In this document: positions 10,385 to 20,006 of the stretch, in pieces
Layout of the letters: each line of letters opens with the position of its first letter
Numbering within the stretch: the first letter of the stretch is position 1
Notes under the pieces: generated by a model
Databases searched by the model: none
Told to the model about the DNA's origin: nothing
The model's input: the letters and a program-made list of their open reading frames with translations, nothing else
Program-made: the position numbers and the translations under genes
Assembly: GCA_963422205.2 (NCBI GenBank)
Contig: CAXMWX010000005.1
Location: 64,001-128,000 of the forward strand
From: Gammaproteobacteria bacterium
GTDB taxonomy: Bacteria; Pseudomonadota; Gammaproteobacteria; Eutrophobiales; Eutrophobiaceae
Reading direction: 5' to 3'
Length of the DNA stretch: 64,000 nt

Positions 10385-11176
10385 CTAACCGTCCTGATCT
10401 ATCGTTGCCTCCATGTCCTGGGATTCTACTGCCTCATCGCTCTGCCCGAAGTCGGCCTCCATGCTGTGTGACTCTGCACTCTCATCGCTCTGCCCGAAGT
10501 CAGCTTCCATGCTGTGTGACTCTGCACTCTCATCGCTCTGCCCGAAGTCAGCTTCCATGCTGTGCGACTCTGCACTCTCATCGCTCTGCCCGAAGTCGGC
10601 TTCCATGCTGTGTGACTCTGCACTCTCATCGCTCTGCCCGAAGTCGGCTTCCATGCTGTGTGACTCCTGCTTTATTTGCGCCTGTGTTGCAGCAGGCCCG
10701 GCGGGCTTTGGGTCTGTCTGTTTAACGGCGAGCGAGTCTTCTCTCGATTCTTGTTTGACGGGCCGACTCACAACCGGCCTGTTATTACCCTGCAATGGTC
10801 GGTCAAGGATGGCGGAGAAGGTGTGTGACCAGCGTGACTGCTCATCATACACATCCATGATGAATTGCACGAACAACTGGTTTACTGGCTCTGCACTGGA
10901 GAAATGTACGATCCTGCCGTCATCGCCAGGTTCAACCCGAACGGATAGCCCGCTTAAACGTGCCTGTTCAGGGATGTCTTGATTTAAGTAGGCGTAAGCC
11001 GGTGCCATTTTGATGGTGATGCTATCATGATGGGGCAGGCTTGATACCGGGATGACTGTGTATGCCCTAAATGGCTGACCGATACGGGAGTCTACCTGTA
11101 ACTCGCCGATAGTGAGCGCATTGACCTGTAAAGACAGCAGCAATGAAACTGCCAGCATCGGCAACATTCTATTCAT
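10385..11176 (-). CDS. Exported protein with a FimV-like N-terminal domain and an acidic repeat tail
   Basis: Signal peptide, then LTIGELQVDSRIGQPFRA and SSAEPVNQLFVQFIMDV, which resemble the FimV/TspA N-terminus. CAGGAG RBS precedes ATG 11176. No LysM, TM or TPR part is visible. Confidence 0.65.
   Translation of the reverse strand: MNRMLPMLAVSLLLSLQVNALTIGELQVDSRIGQPFRAYTVIPVSSLPHHDSITIKMAPAYAYLNQDIPEQARLSGLSVRVEPGDDGRIVHFSSAEPVNQLFVQFIMDVYDEQSRWSHTFSAILDRPLQGNNRPVVSRPVKQESREDSLAVKQTDPKPAGPAATQAQIKQESHSMEADFGQSDESAESHSMEADFGQSDESAESHSMEADFGQSDESAESHSMEADFGQSDESAESHSMEADFGQSDEAVESQDMEATIDQDG
10433..10666 (-). repeat. 48-bp coding tandem repeat, about 5 copies (SHSMEADFGQSDESAE)
   Basis: Near-identical head-to-tail units TCCATGCTGTGTGACTCTGCACTCTCATCGCTCTGCCCGAAGTC(A/G)GCT on the + strand, with no spacers. 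Confidence 0.97.
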
Positions 11177-11216
11177 GAACCTGCTCCTGAAATTGTGCAT
11201 CAGCTATCATGCGTTC

Positions 11217-13241
11217 TTAACGCTTCACTTCTCTGGCAACCCTAAAGCCCAGATTAAAGTAACGGTAAGTGAGGGGATCCGTGCCGCGCCTGGCGGCCCG
11301 AATCAATGTGGGAAAATTGCCCCACGAACCACCACGATAAATGCGGTTGCCGCACGTGCCGTTTTTATGAGGACTCCCATCCAGGGGTAAAGTTTCATAA
11401 GAATCATGCCAGCAATCCTCAGTCCACTCCCACACATTACCCAGCGTGTCCTGCAAGCCAAAATTATTCGCCTGAAAGCTGCCGACAGGCGAGGTATGCA
11501 CATGGCCGTCATTACAGGAGAAAATATTATCGGCAGCGGTATTGAGATTATGGCTCTGTGCCCGCTTGACATCGGATACATTGGCGAACAGACACGCTTC
11601 ACGCCCGTTGGCCTCCCAATAACGTGATGCAGTCGTGCCGGCTCGTGCGGCATATTCCCACAGGGCCTCTGATGGCAGCATGTATACCTGCCCGGTCTCT
11701 TCTGACAGCCAGTTGATATAAGCCTGTGCATCATTCCAGTTGACACACACCACCGGATGCTCATCCGATTGCGGAAAACCCGGGCGCTGCCAGTCATGGG
11801 TATTGCTCCAGCGCCAACCCCCATCATAAATTCTGCACCCCTGGGCTGGGTCACGCTCCGCCTCGGTGACATAGCCTGTTGCGGTGACAAATTGTTTGAA
11901 CTGCTTGACCGTGATCTCGGTCTTGCCCATCGCCACCGGTCGGGCGATCTGCACCCGCTGTTGCGGGCCTTCAACACGGGAGCGGCCTTTCTCTGTCGCC
12001 TCACTGCCAATGATAAAATCGCCAGCAGGCAGCAGGACCATGACCGGCCCCGTCCCGCCCATCTTCAGCGCATCGGCAAACACCTCGCCCGCCACCAGCC
12101 CGACATCGGCTGTGCTGGCAACTGGCGGTGCTGGGCTGGTCGTGCTGACCTTCGCGGGCGCCGAGGCGGCCTGGTGTTCTGATCGCCAGACAAACCAGGC
12201 TGAGATAACAACGCTGATCACAACGGCAGCAAGGCCGATGATGATCGCTGGCCTGTGCGTTTTACTCTCAGGTTGTACTGTCTCAAGCGCCATATCATGG
12301 GTATCACCCAGGCGGCTGGTTGTGCTGGTATAGCCGGTTGTGAGTTCACGGTCGCCGGTGAGCATGGCTCTCCAGGTATCGAGATCCTGCGGCCGGCTGT
12401 CCTCCTTAAATTGCAGGGCGGCAGCAATACCATTGAGCAGGCGTACACTGTATCTGCCGGTAGCCGCCAGCTTGTCAAGCGGGATGAGCGGATCATCACG
12501 CTGCTGCAATAAAGCACTGCCACGGGACAGGGCATCAGCCGGACTGGTACCCGCAATGCAACGGTACATGGAGGCGGCCAGGCTGTAGATATCCGTCCAC
12601 CTGCCCTGTGCGGCGGCATCGCCGGTGTATTGCTCATAGGGCGTATAGCCGGGGGAGACCAGTGTGGTCACCTGCTTGGAGTCGGCCATGATGTTGTGCG
12701 CCGAGCCAAAATCGATCAACACGGCGGTGTCATCCCGGCGCAGCATGATGTTGCCGGGTTTGATATCCCGGTGGATAAAACCGGCCTGATGGACGATGGA
12801 CAGGCCATCAATGATCGGTAAAAATATTTTTAAGATCCGCTCCTCATCCAGCGTCTTGTGCACATTCAGCACCGCCTTTAAATCCTGCCCCTGCTCATAG
12901 CGCATGGCGGTGTATGCGGTCTCGTTCTCTTCAAACACGTTCAGCACACGCACGATATTAGGGTGCTCAAACTTGGCCATGGTTCTGGCTTCCCTGATAA
13001 AGCGATTCCTGCCGGCCTCAAATACCTCAACATATTGCTTGTGTGGCGTCACCATATTGGTGTTATCACGCACAGCCATATCCGATGGCATGTATTCCTT
13101 GATCGCCACCCGCCGGTCCAGATTCATATCATGCGCCAGGTAAGTTACGCCAAACCCGCCCGTGCCCAAGACGTCCTCTATCTTGTACCAGAGTAACAAA
13201 TGGCCTTTGGCAAGAAAGTCTCTGTTGGTATCTGTAGCCAT
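11217..13241 (-). CDS. Hanks-type Ser/Thr protein kinase fused via a TM helix to an FGE-sulfatase (SUMF1) domain
   Basis: Kinase motifs LGTGGFGVTY, VAIKE, HRDIKPGN, DFG. TM segment AIIIGLAAVVISVVISAWFVW. FGE motifs HPVVCVNWNDA, LPSEALWEYAARAG, GNVWEWT, RGGSW, GFRV. Start set at ATG 13241 to avoid overlap with msrQ. Confidence 0.92.
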   Translation of the reverse strand: MATDTNRDFLAKGHLLLWYKIEDVLGTGGFGVTYLAHDMNLDRRVAIKEYMPSDMAVRDNTNMVTPHKQYVEVFEAGRNRFIREARTMAKFEHPNIVRVLNVFEENETAYTAMRYEQGQDLKAVLNVHKTLDEERILKIFLPIIDGLSIVHQAGFIHRDIKPGNIMLRRDDTAVLIDFGSAHNIMADSKQVTTLVSPGYTPYEQYTGDAAAQGRWTDIYSLAASMYRCIAGTSPADALSRGSALLQQRDDPLIPLDKLAATGRYSVRLLNGIAAALQFKEDSRPQDLDTWRAMLTGDRELTTGYTSTTSRLGDTHDMALETVQPESKTHRPAIIIGLAAVVISVVISAWFVWRSEHQAASAPAKVSTTSPAPPVASTADVGLVAGEVFADALKMGGTGPVMVLLPAGDFIIGSEATEKGRSRVEGPQQRVQIARPVAMGKTEITVKQFKQFVTATGYVTEAERDPAQGCRIYDGGWRWSNTHDWQRPGFPQSDEHPVVCVNWNDAQAYINWLSEETGQVYMLPSEALWEYAARAGTTASRYWEANGREACLFANVSDVKRAQSHNLNTAADNIFSCNDGHVHTSPVGSFQANNFGLQDTLGNVWEWTEDCWHDSYETLPLDGSPHKNGTCGNRIYRGGSWGNFPTLIRAARRGTDPLTYRYFNLGFRVAREVKR

Positions 13242-13252
13242 GTTGCCAAACC

Positions 13253-13846
13253 TTATTTGCTCATATTGAGGTAGCGACTCACCCAATGAACACGTGCAGC
13301 CGGCAATCGCATGATCAGCAACAGCAGCAGCACAAAGCCATAGATCAGCGGCTCTGTTATATCCGCCTTGACCAGCCAGAGAAAATGCAGCACGCCTAAA
13401 ATGGCGATGAGGTAGATTAGCTGATGCAGTTTTTTCCAATAGCTGCCGAGACGCTGCACCATCATTCTGTTAGAGGTTATCGCCAGCGGGATCAACAAGA
13501 CAAAAGCAGCAAAGCCGACCGTGATATATGGCCTTTTAACAATATCAGCAATGATCGCCTGCACATCAAAAAATTGATCGAATACCAAGTAAGTCAGAAA
13601 ATGCAGCAGGGCATAGAAAAAAACATAAAGCCCTAACATCCGGCGATAGCGGATCAGGCGATTCCATTTTGTGATCCGGCGTAACGGGGTGATGGCCAGC
13701 GTGAGCAGCAACATGATCAGCGTCCAGCCACCCGTGAAGTGGGTGATATCCTCCACCGGGTTTGCGCTTAAACCACCTGTCAGGATTAAAAATAACAGGT
13801 AGCAAAACGGCATCAAGGCGAAAATAAATACGATAACTTTATCCAT
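13253..13846 (-). CDS. msrQ: Heme-binding membrane subunit MsrQ (YedZ)
   Basis: ANPVEDITHFTG.W, RRMLGLY.FFYA.LH, KRPYITVG, PLAITS, WKKLH.LIY and LHFLW motifs. Confidence 0.92.
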   Translation of the reverse strand: MDKVIVFIFALMPFCYLLFLILTGGLSANPVEDITHFTGGWTLIMLLLTLAITPLRRITKWNRLIRYRRMLGLYVFFYALLHFLTYLVFDQFFDVQAIIADIVKRPYITVGFAAFVLLIPLAITSNRMMVQRLGSYWKKLHQLIYLIAILGVLHFLWLVKADITEPLIYGFVLLLLLIMRLPAARVHWVSRYLNMSK

Positions 13847-14269
13847 GCCCACCCTTCTTTGTCTGTTTTGTACCCCGTCTGCCGGACTGTTGACTCATGA
13901 GTATGTGGTATAGACGATTTGTTTGCCCTGAATGCGATTTTCCCCATCGACTGCATGCCCTGGAAGTCATACCTTGCAATTCAAGTAGAGTTTTTTTGAC
14001 TATGAGGCTAGGACTCCAACTGGTCGTCAGTAGTTCAAAAATGGCCGAATTGCCAATTTCAGGTAAAAAAACGGCTTGGGCAAGATAAGGCAAAAAAGAC
14101 GATCTATCAACGACATAGCCAAATGAATACCCGACATAAAGGCGCTGCCTGGCTGGCTTTTATATGGCAGACTTTATCCCGGCAAATAACATACTGTTGG
14201 GCAAATCAGTCAGGATAATTAACGGCACGTAATATTTTTTCAATCTCCTCCCAATAATCCTCAAGTTGC

Positions 14270-14839
14270 TCATCCATGATCTCGGCATGGCTGGCATATC
14301 TGTCTTTGATTCACCCGGTCGTTCTTCCAGACATGTTGGTAGCACCTATAGGTCTGGTCACTTGAAGTCTCTCGCAAGCGCAGAATTGCTACGGCAAACA
14401 GAAGATAAACACCGGATTCAATATGATTATTGTGTGCATCATAGTTGAAAGTATCGATGAGAATATGAGCAGCATTTTTTACCGCTGAAATTTTGTTGGA
14501 TATGTCATCGGGTGGGAAATAACCATTTATTATTAAGCTGATATTTGAAAGTTTACTGAGATAAATTTCCGATATGTTTTTGCCTTTCGTAAAGTATTTC
14601 GCGCGGACAAATTGATCTAATAGAAACAATCTCTCGTCTCTAAAAGTTTTAAACTGACTGCGGTAATCTTTTCTGAAATTCTCATCCAGTGTTTCGTTGA
14701 CTTTATCCAGGGCATTATCTGCAAGCAGCCCCTCGTTCATACCCCATTCACAGACTTCCCGTGTCTGTTCACAAAGAACGTGATATAAGTCATCCTGTTT
14801 TTGTTCCAGGCGGTTAAAAGCCGCTGTGATTTTGCTCAT
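14270..14839 (-). CDS. Hypothetical protein, AT-rich, possibly frameshifted near its 3' end
   Basis: 189-aa ORF with lower GC than its neighbours. A protein-like alternative frame continues to 14206. No family recognised. Confidence 0.55.
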   Translation of the reverse strand: MSKITAAFNRLEQKQDDLYHVLCEQTREVCEWGMNEGLLADNALDKVNETLDENFRKDYRSQFKTFRDERLFLLDQFVRAKYFTKGKNISEIYLSKLSNISLIINGYFPPDDISNKISAVKNAAHILIDTFNYDAHNNHIESGVYLLFAVAILRLRETSSDQTYRCYQHVWKNDRVNQRQICQPCRDHG

Positions 14840-14897
14840 GATCTTTTAAGCAAGTGATGAATAAACGGGTGAGCATGCCTTGACCGAACCGCTGCAA

Positions 14898-16802
14898 TCA
14901 CAACACCTCTTCATACACCGTCACCTTTGCATGATCTTGCAGCGTCCTGGCAAACTCCTGCCAGTCATTACCCCCCGCAGTACGCACTAATTGCTCGCGC
15001 AGTGTGTTCACTTGTGCCTGCTTGATATCCTCTGCCGCCATCTCGTGTACCTTCTCTACCACCACGACAATATAATCACCACTGCCCAGAGAAGTGCCCG
15101 ATACCAGCGGGACGGCGGCGGCCGGTCGGCCGGCATTAAATGCCTGTCGCAACACAGCCCGGTTGATACCGGGATCATCCCGGCTGACATCGCTGGCCTG
15201 TTGCCAGGAAACCGCATATGCAGAGGCAATCGCTTCCTGACTAACCCCGTCATGCAGTTTGGCGATAATCGCCTGGCCCTGCTCTTCGGTCTGTTCTCTG
15301 GCCTGTTCAAACGTGATACGGGTGATGATCTGCTCGCGCACATCGGCCAGTGGCCGGGCTTCAGCTTCAATATGATCAACCACACGCAATACCATCAGGC
15401 GCTCATCCGCCAGTTCCAACAATTCGCTGTTCTCTCCCTGCTGCAACACCTCCTCACTGAATGCCGCCCTGATCACCCGAGGATCAGAGACCACGCCCGT
15501 ACCCGGGGCTTCCCGGCTGATATAATCGCTTTCCATGATCGCCAGGCCAAGCTCCTCAGCGGCGATATCCAAAGTATCAGAATGCTCGTATGCCAGGGTG
15601 GCAAGCTGATCAGACTGCTCATATAACAAGGTCTCGGCTTTGTGCAATTTCAGATCAGCGACCACCTGTTCACGGATCTCATCCAGGGAAGCACGGGAAC
15701 CCCCTTTGACCTTAACTAACTCAATAATATGCCAGCCGTATTTTGATTTGACCGGCTCACTTATCTGCCCGGCCTGCATGTCGGCCAGGACCGCATCCAC
15801 TTCCGGCTCCAAAACGCCCTCGGTCAGGAACTCAAATTCGCTATACTCCACACGGTTATCCTCACTGGCATCCTCGGTGACTACCGCCTCCAGCGTTTTC
15901 CCGGAGGTAATCAAGGCATACAAGCTGTCCGCCTGCTGCTGTGTTGCGGCGATGACATCGGCCGTCGGCGGCTCTGGCATTTTCACTAACACCTGTCTGA
16001 TGTGTCTTTGCCCGGCCACGTCATAATCCTGCCTGTTGTCCTGATACCACGCCTCCAGCTCACCTTCCGCCAGTTCGATATCATCGGCCAGCCTGGCAGC
16101 GGACAGCACCAGATAATGCAGCTTGACTTTCTCCGGCTGCATGAATGCCTGTTGATTTTCTTTGTAGTAGGTATCAATTTCCGCATCGCTGACGGCAATA
16201 CGCTCTTTGGCCTTATCAGACGATAAAACCACATACGCCAGGTCACGTTTTTCATTTTCTATCCGGGCGAAGCGTAATGCCTCCTGCCGGGTCGCAAAGC
16301 TGGATTCAATCAACGTACCCTGAAGCTGTTCAAGCAGCATGTCCTGCTTTATCTGTGCTTTGAATGTCGCCGGAGTCAAACCCTGGCTTGACACATAAGC
16401 CTCAAGTAATGCAGGACTGAAGCCGTTCTCATCATTGAAGGCGGGGATCTGTTCCAGGGTATTGAGGACATCGGCATCGCTAACCGCTAACCGCATCCTG
16501 GCGCTCTGTTGCTTGAATAATTCTGCCCGAATGAGCCGGTCAATGGTCTGCTGTTTCAGCAAGGGCTGAATGTCATCGGTTATCGGCTGGCTGGCGATTT
16601 CCTGCCAACGCTGCTTGAGCACCTGATAAGCTCGCTGGTAGTCGCCCAAGGAGAGTGCTTCACCATTGACTTCAATGGCGATAACCTCGCCGCCAGCTTC
16701 GAAATAAGAACTCACCCCCCACAAGGCAAACGGGATAATTAACAGGGTGAAGATGACACCGGCCACCCAGCCGGTGACCCGATCTCTGATGCTTTGTAAC
16801 AT
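14898..16802 (-). CDS. ppiD: Periplasmic chaperone/PPIase D
   Basis: N-terminus MLQSIRDR plus TM anchor, SurA-like domain, parvulin motif 'ISEPVKSKYGWHII'. Canonical position after lon-hupB-tRNAs. Confidence 0.92.
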   Translation of the reverse strand: MLQSIRDRVTGWVAGVIFTLLIIPFALWGVSSYFEAGGEVIAIEVNGEALSLGDYQRAYQVLKQRWQEIASQPITDDIQPLLKQQTIDRLIRAELFKQQSARMRLAVSDADVLNTLEQIPAFNDENGFSPALLEAYVSSQGLTPATFKAQIKQDMLLEQLQGTLIESSFATRQEALRFARIENEKRDLAYVVLSSDKAKERIAVSDAEIDTYYKENQQAFMQPEKVKLHYLVLSAARLADDIELAEGELEAWYQDNRQDYDVAGQRHIRQVLVKMPEPPTADVIAATQQQADSLYALITSGKTLEAVVTEDASEDNRVEYSEFEFLTEGVLEPEVDAVLADMQAGQISEPVKSKYGWHIIELVKVKGGSRASLDEIREQVVADLKLHKAETLLYEQSDQLATLAYEHSDTLDIAAEELGLAIMESDYISREAPGTGVVSDPRVIRAAFSEEVLQQGENSELLELADERLMVLRVVDHIEAEARPLADVREQIITRITFEQAREQTEEQGQAIIAKLHDGVSQEAIASAYAVSWQQASDVSRDDPGINRAVLRQAFNAGRPAAAVPLVSGTSLGSGDYIVVVVEKVHEMAAEDIKQAQVNTLREQLVRTAGGNDWQEFARTLQDHAKVTVYEEVL

Positions 16803-16849
16803 GGTATTACCTCATATATCGCTTCTGCTACTCATGCGATGTGATAACG

Positions 16850-16883
16850 AAAAAAGGCGCACCTGTAGGTTTCAGGCACGCCC
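16850..16883 (-). terminator. Rho-independent terminator after the tRNA-Val/tRNA-Asp pair
   Basis: Minus strand GGGCGTGCCTG-aaaccta-CAGGTGCGCCT followed by a T run. Confidence 0.7.
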
Positions 16884-16892
16884 ATTTCGATC

Positions 16893-16969
16893 TGGCGGAG
16901 TGGACGGGACTCGAACCCGCGACCCCCGGCGTGACAGGCCGGTATTCTAACCAACTGAACTACCACTCC
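16893..16969 (-). tRNA. tRNA-Asp (GTC)
   Basis: GGAGTGGTAGTTCAGTTGGTTAGAATACCGGCCTGTCACGCCGG...GGTTCGAGTCCCGTCCACTCCGCCA, 77 nt, CCA encoded. Confidence 0.98.
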
Positions 16970-16975
16970 GGAAGC

Positions 16976-17051
16976 TGGTGGGTGCTGAGGGGCTCGAACC
17001 CCCGACTTCCGCCTTGTAAGGGCGGCGCTCTCCCAACTGAGCTAAGCACCC
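16976..17051 (-). tRNA. tRNA-Val (TAC)
   Basis: GGGTGCTTAGCTCAGTTGGGAGAGCGCCGCCCTTACAAGGCGG...GGTTCGAGCCCCTCAGCACCCACCA, 76 nt. Confidence 0.98.
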
Positions 17052-17082
17052 TGGCTTTTTACCCGACCCCGGGCAAGGCGTC

Positions 17083-17355
17083 TCAGTTTATGGCATCTTT
17101 GAGTGCTTTGCCAGGCTTGAACCCGGGCGCCTTTGACGCCTTGATTTTGATTTCCGCACCCGTCTTGGGATTGCGTCCTGTGCGTGCCTTGCGCTTGCGT
17201 ACCGAGAATGTGCCGAAACCCACCAGAGTGACCGTATCGCCTTTTTGTAATGCCCCGGTGATAGCGGCAACAGCACCATCTAACGCACGACCGGCAGCGG
17301 CCCTGGAGATGTCGGCCGAATCGGCAACGGCGTCTATCAATTCTGCTTTGTTCAT
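17083..17355 (-). CDS. hupB: DNA-binding protein HU
   Basis: [11 protein letters not shown]...[19 protein letters not shown], 90 aa, located after lon. Confidence 0.97.
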   Translation of the reverse strand: MNKAELIDAVADSADISRAAAGRALDGAVAAITGALQKGDTVTLVGFGTFSVRKRKARTGRNPKTGAEIKIKASKAPGFKPGKALKDAIN

Positions 17356-17440
17356 AGTAATAATTCCCCTTATAAGTCACCCTGGAACAATGAAACCTAC
17401 GGAAGTTAATGCGTATTGGCTGGAAGCAACCAAGCCTGCC

Positions 17441-17469
17441 TTTATATCAAGCAGGCTAAATATCGTCAA
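17441..17469 (-). promoter_or_regulatory. Sigma70-type promoter of hupB
   Basis: Minus strand TTGACG-N17-TATAAA. Confidence 0.6.
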
Positions 17470-17499
17470 GCGATCTTGGAGAAAAGCACGACAAGCGGT

Positions 17500-19914
17500 T
17501 TAATGCGGGCGTATGATGTCATCTTTATTATCGCTGCGAGCCTCTTCCTGCTTGCCCATCTCTTTACCCTTATCGTCTTTTGAACGGGGCTCGGGCATGT
17601 GCTGCAAGGCCAGATCAAGCACCTCGTCGATCCAGCGCACCGGCTTGATATCCAGGTGTTGTTTAATGTTCTTAGGGATCTCGACTAACTCCCGCTCATT
17701 TTCCGCCGGGATCAAGACGATCGCTATGCCCCCGCGCAGGGCGGCCAGTAATTTTTCCTTCAAACCACCGATGGGCAACACTTCGCCGCGCAACGTGATC
17801 TCGCCCGTCATGGCCACATTCGATCTGACCGGAATACCGGTCAATGCGGAGACCATGGCCGTACACATGGCGACACCGGCGCTCGGCCCGTCCTTGGGTG
17901 TGGCCCCTTCCGGCACATGGATATGAAAATCCTGCGTCTTGTAAAAATCATCTTCCAAGCCCAGCACCTTGCTGCGGCTTCTGACCACGGTGCGGGCAGC
18001 TTCAATGGATTCCTTCATGACATCGCCCAGGTGCCCGGTGCGGATAGCCTCGCCTTTACCCGGCACCACGGTGGTCTCAATCGTCAACAGATCACCGCCG
18101 ACCTCCGTCCAGGCCAGCCCGGTGACCTGACCGATACGATCTTCACCTTCAGCCCGGCCATAGCGAAACTTTTTCACGCCAATGAGTTTCTCCAGCTTGG
18201 CCGCCGTGACTGCCAGCCTGCGGGTCGCTTCATTTTGCAGCAATCGGGTCACCACCTTGCGGCAGATGTTGGCAATCTCGCGCTCTAAGTTACGCACCCC
18301 AGCCTCACGGGTATAATAGCGAACCATGTCACGGATGGTGGCCTCATTAATCGTGATCTCTTTTTCTTTTAAGCCATTGCGCTCGATCTGTTTGGGGATA
18401 AGGTATTTCTTTGCGATGTTGACTTTCTCACCTTCGGTATAGCCGGAGATCCGTATCACCTCCATCCGGTCCAGCAGCGGGGCCGGGATGTTCAGACTGT
18501 TGGCGGTTGTCACAAACATCACTTCAGAGAGATCATAATCAACTTCCAGGTAATGATCGGCAAAGGTATTGTTCTGCTCAGGGTCTAACACTTCCAACAG
18601 GGCTGAGGCCGGATCACCGCGAAAATCCATCGCCATCTTGTCCACCTCATCCAGCAGAATAAGCGGATTTTTTGTGCCGACCTTGGCGATGGATTGCAGA
18701 ATTTTGCCGGGCATGGAGCCGATGTAGGTGCGCCGGTGGCCCCTGATCTCGGCCTCATCACGCACCCCCCCCAGTGACATACGCACAAACTTGCGATTGG
18801 TGGCACGGGCGATGGAGCGCCCCAGGGAGGTCTTGCCAACGCCCGGCGGACCGACCAGGCACATGATCGGCCCTTTGAGTTTTTTCACCCGCTGTTGCAC
18901 CGCCAGATACTCGATAATCCGCTCCTTGACCTTCTCCAGGCCGTAATGATCGGCATCCAGAATGCCTTCGGCTTTTTTAATATCACGGGATATCTTGCTG
19001 CGCTTCTTCCACGGCACGCCCACCAGCCAGTCGACATAGTTCCGCACGACCGTGGCCTCGGCCGACATGGGCGACATCATCTTCAACTTGTTCAATTCCG
19101 TTTCGGCTTTTTTCTTTGTCTCCTTGGGCATGCCGGATTTTTCAATCTTCTCGGCCAGCTCTTCCAATTCATTCGGCACATCGTCCATGTCGCCCAGCTC
19201 TTTCTGTATCGCCTTCATCTGCTCATTCAGGTAATACTCGCGCTGGCTTTTTTCCATTTGCGATTTAACCCGACCACGGATACGTTTCTCCACTTGCAGC
19301 AGATCAATCTCCGCTTCCATCAAATCCACCAGATACTCCAGCCGTTGCCGTACTTCTATCAACTCCAGTACGACCTGCTTCTCATCTAAGCTGATGGACA
19401 TGTGGGCGGCGATGGTATCGGCAAGCCGGGAGGCATCGTCAATGCTCGCCAGCGAGGTCAGGATCTCCGGCGGCACTTTTTTATTCAACTTGACATAGTG
19501 TTCAAATTGATTGATGGCGGAACGCCCCATCACATCCATCTCCCGCTCATCCAGTTCTTCGGCTTCCAGCACCTCAACACGGGCGGAGAACATGGCCTGT
19601 GTTTCGGTGAAATCGAGAATGCGTACCCGCTGGCTGCCTTCAACCAACACCTTAATCGTGCCATCGGGCAGTTTTAATAATTGCAGGATATTCGATAATG
19701 TGCCGATGCTGTAAATCTCATCAACGCCGGGATCATCATCGGCGGCGCGCCTTTGCGCCACCAGCAGGATGTGTTTGCTGCCCTCCATGGCCTCATCAAG
19801 TGCCCGGATGGATTTCTCGCGGCCAACGAACAGGGGAATGACCATGTGGGGATAGACCACCACATCACGCAGCGGCAAAACGGGAAAACAAACAGCCCTG
19901 GATTTAGCAGACAT
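17500..19914 (-). CDS. lon: ATP-dependent protease La
   Basis: [27 protein letters not shown] (catalytic Ser) and IGGLKEK motifs. Confidence 0.99.
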   Translation of the reverse strand: MSAKSRAVCFPVLPLRDVVVYPHMVIPLFVGREKSIRALDEAMEGSKHILLVAQRRAADDDPGVDEIYSIGTLSNILQLLKLPDGTIKVLVEGSQRVRILDFTETQAMFSARVEVLEAEELDEREMDVMGRSAINQFEHYVKLNKKVPPEILTSLASIDDASRLADTIAAHMSISLDEKQVVLELIEVRQRLEYLVDLMEAEIDLLQVEKRIRGRVKSQMEKSQREYYLNEQMKAIQKELGDMDDVPNELEELAEKIEKSGMPKETKKKAETELNKLKMMSPMSAEATVVRNYVDWLVGVPWKKRSKISRDIKKAEGILDADHYGLEKVKERIIEYLAVQQRVKKLKGPIMCLVGPPGVGKTSLGRSIARATNRKFVRMSLGGVRDEAEIRGHRRTYIGSMPGKILQSIAKVGTKNPLILLDEVDKMAMDFRGDPASALLEVLDPEQNNTFADHYLEVDYDLSEVMFVTTANSLNIPAPLLDRMEVIRISGYTEGEKVNIAKKYLIPKQIERNGLKEKEITINEATIRDMVRYYTREAGVRNLEREIANICRKVVTRLLQNEATRRLAVTAAKLEKLIGVKKFRYGRAEGEDRIGQVTGLAWTEVGGDLLTIETTVVPGKGEAIRTGHLGDVMKESIEAARTVVRSRSKVLGLEDDFYKTQDFHIHVPEGATPKDGPSAGVAMCTAMVSALTGIPVRSNVAMTGEITLRGEVLPIGGLKEKLLAALRGGIAIVLIPAENERELVEIPKNIKQHLDIKPVRWIDEVLDLALQHMPEPRSKDDKGKEMGKQEEARSDNKDDIIRPH

Positions 19915-19941
19915 AACTCACCTTCAAGATAATACCTGTCA

Positions 19942-19969
19942 ATATGAGGCGGAGCGCTCGATATTCAAG
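19942..19969 (-). promoter_or_regulatory. Sigma32 (RpoH) promoter of lon
   Basis: Minus strand CTTGAA-N14-CCTCATAT matches the RpoH consensus CTTGAA-N13/14-CCCCATNT. lon is a known RpoH target. Confidence 0.75.
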
Positions 19970-20006
19970 TGACCAGTCAACAAGCCGTCGGCAGGTTGCT
20001 GACCGA

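Noticed and set aside
10433-10666. 48-bp repeats as a CRISPR array
   Set aside because: The units are contiguous with no unique spacers, keep frame inside a CDS, and no cas genes are present.
13242-13439. N-terminal extension of the kinase in the ORF track
   Set aside because: It overlaps msrQ on the same strand. ATG 13241 just after the msrQ stop is the more plausible start.
13839-14093. Short ORFs upstream of msrQ as an msrP remnant
   Set aside because: No MsrP C-terminal motifs (HPRWSQ, FNGY) appear in the translations examined.
16841-17503. 220-aa + strand ORF and other long antisense ORFs (e.g. 2556-3326, 19969-20742, 32889-33638, 57456-58268)
   Set aside because: They are shadows of tRNAs or well-supported genes on the opposite strand and have no motifs of their own.
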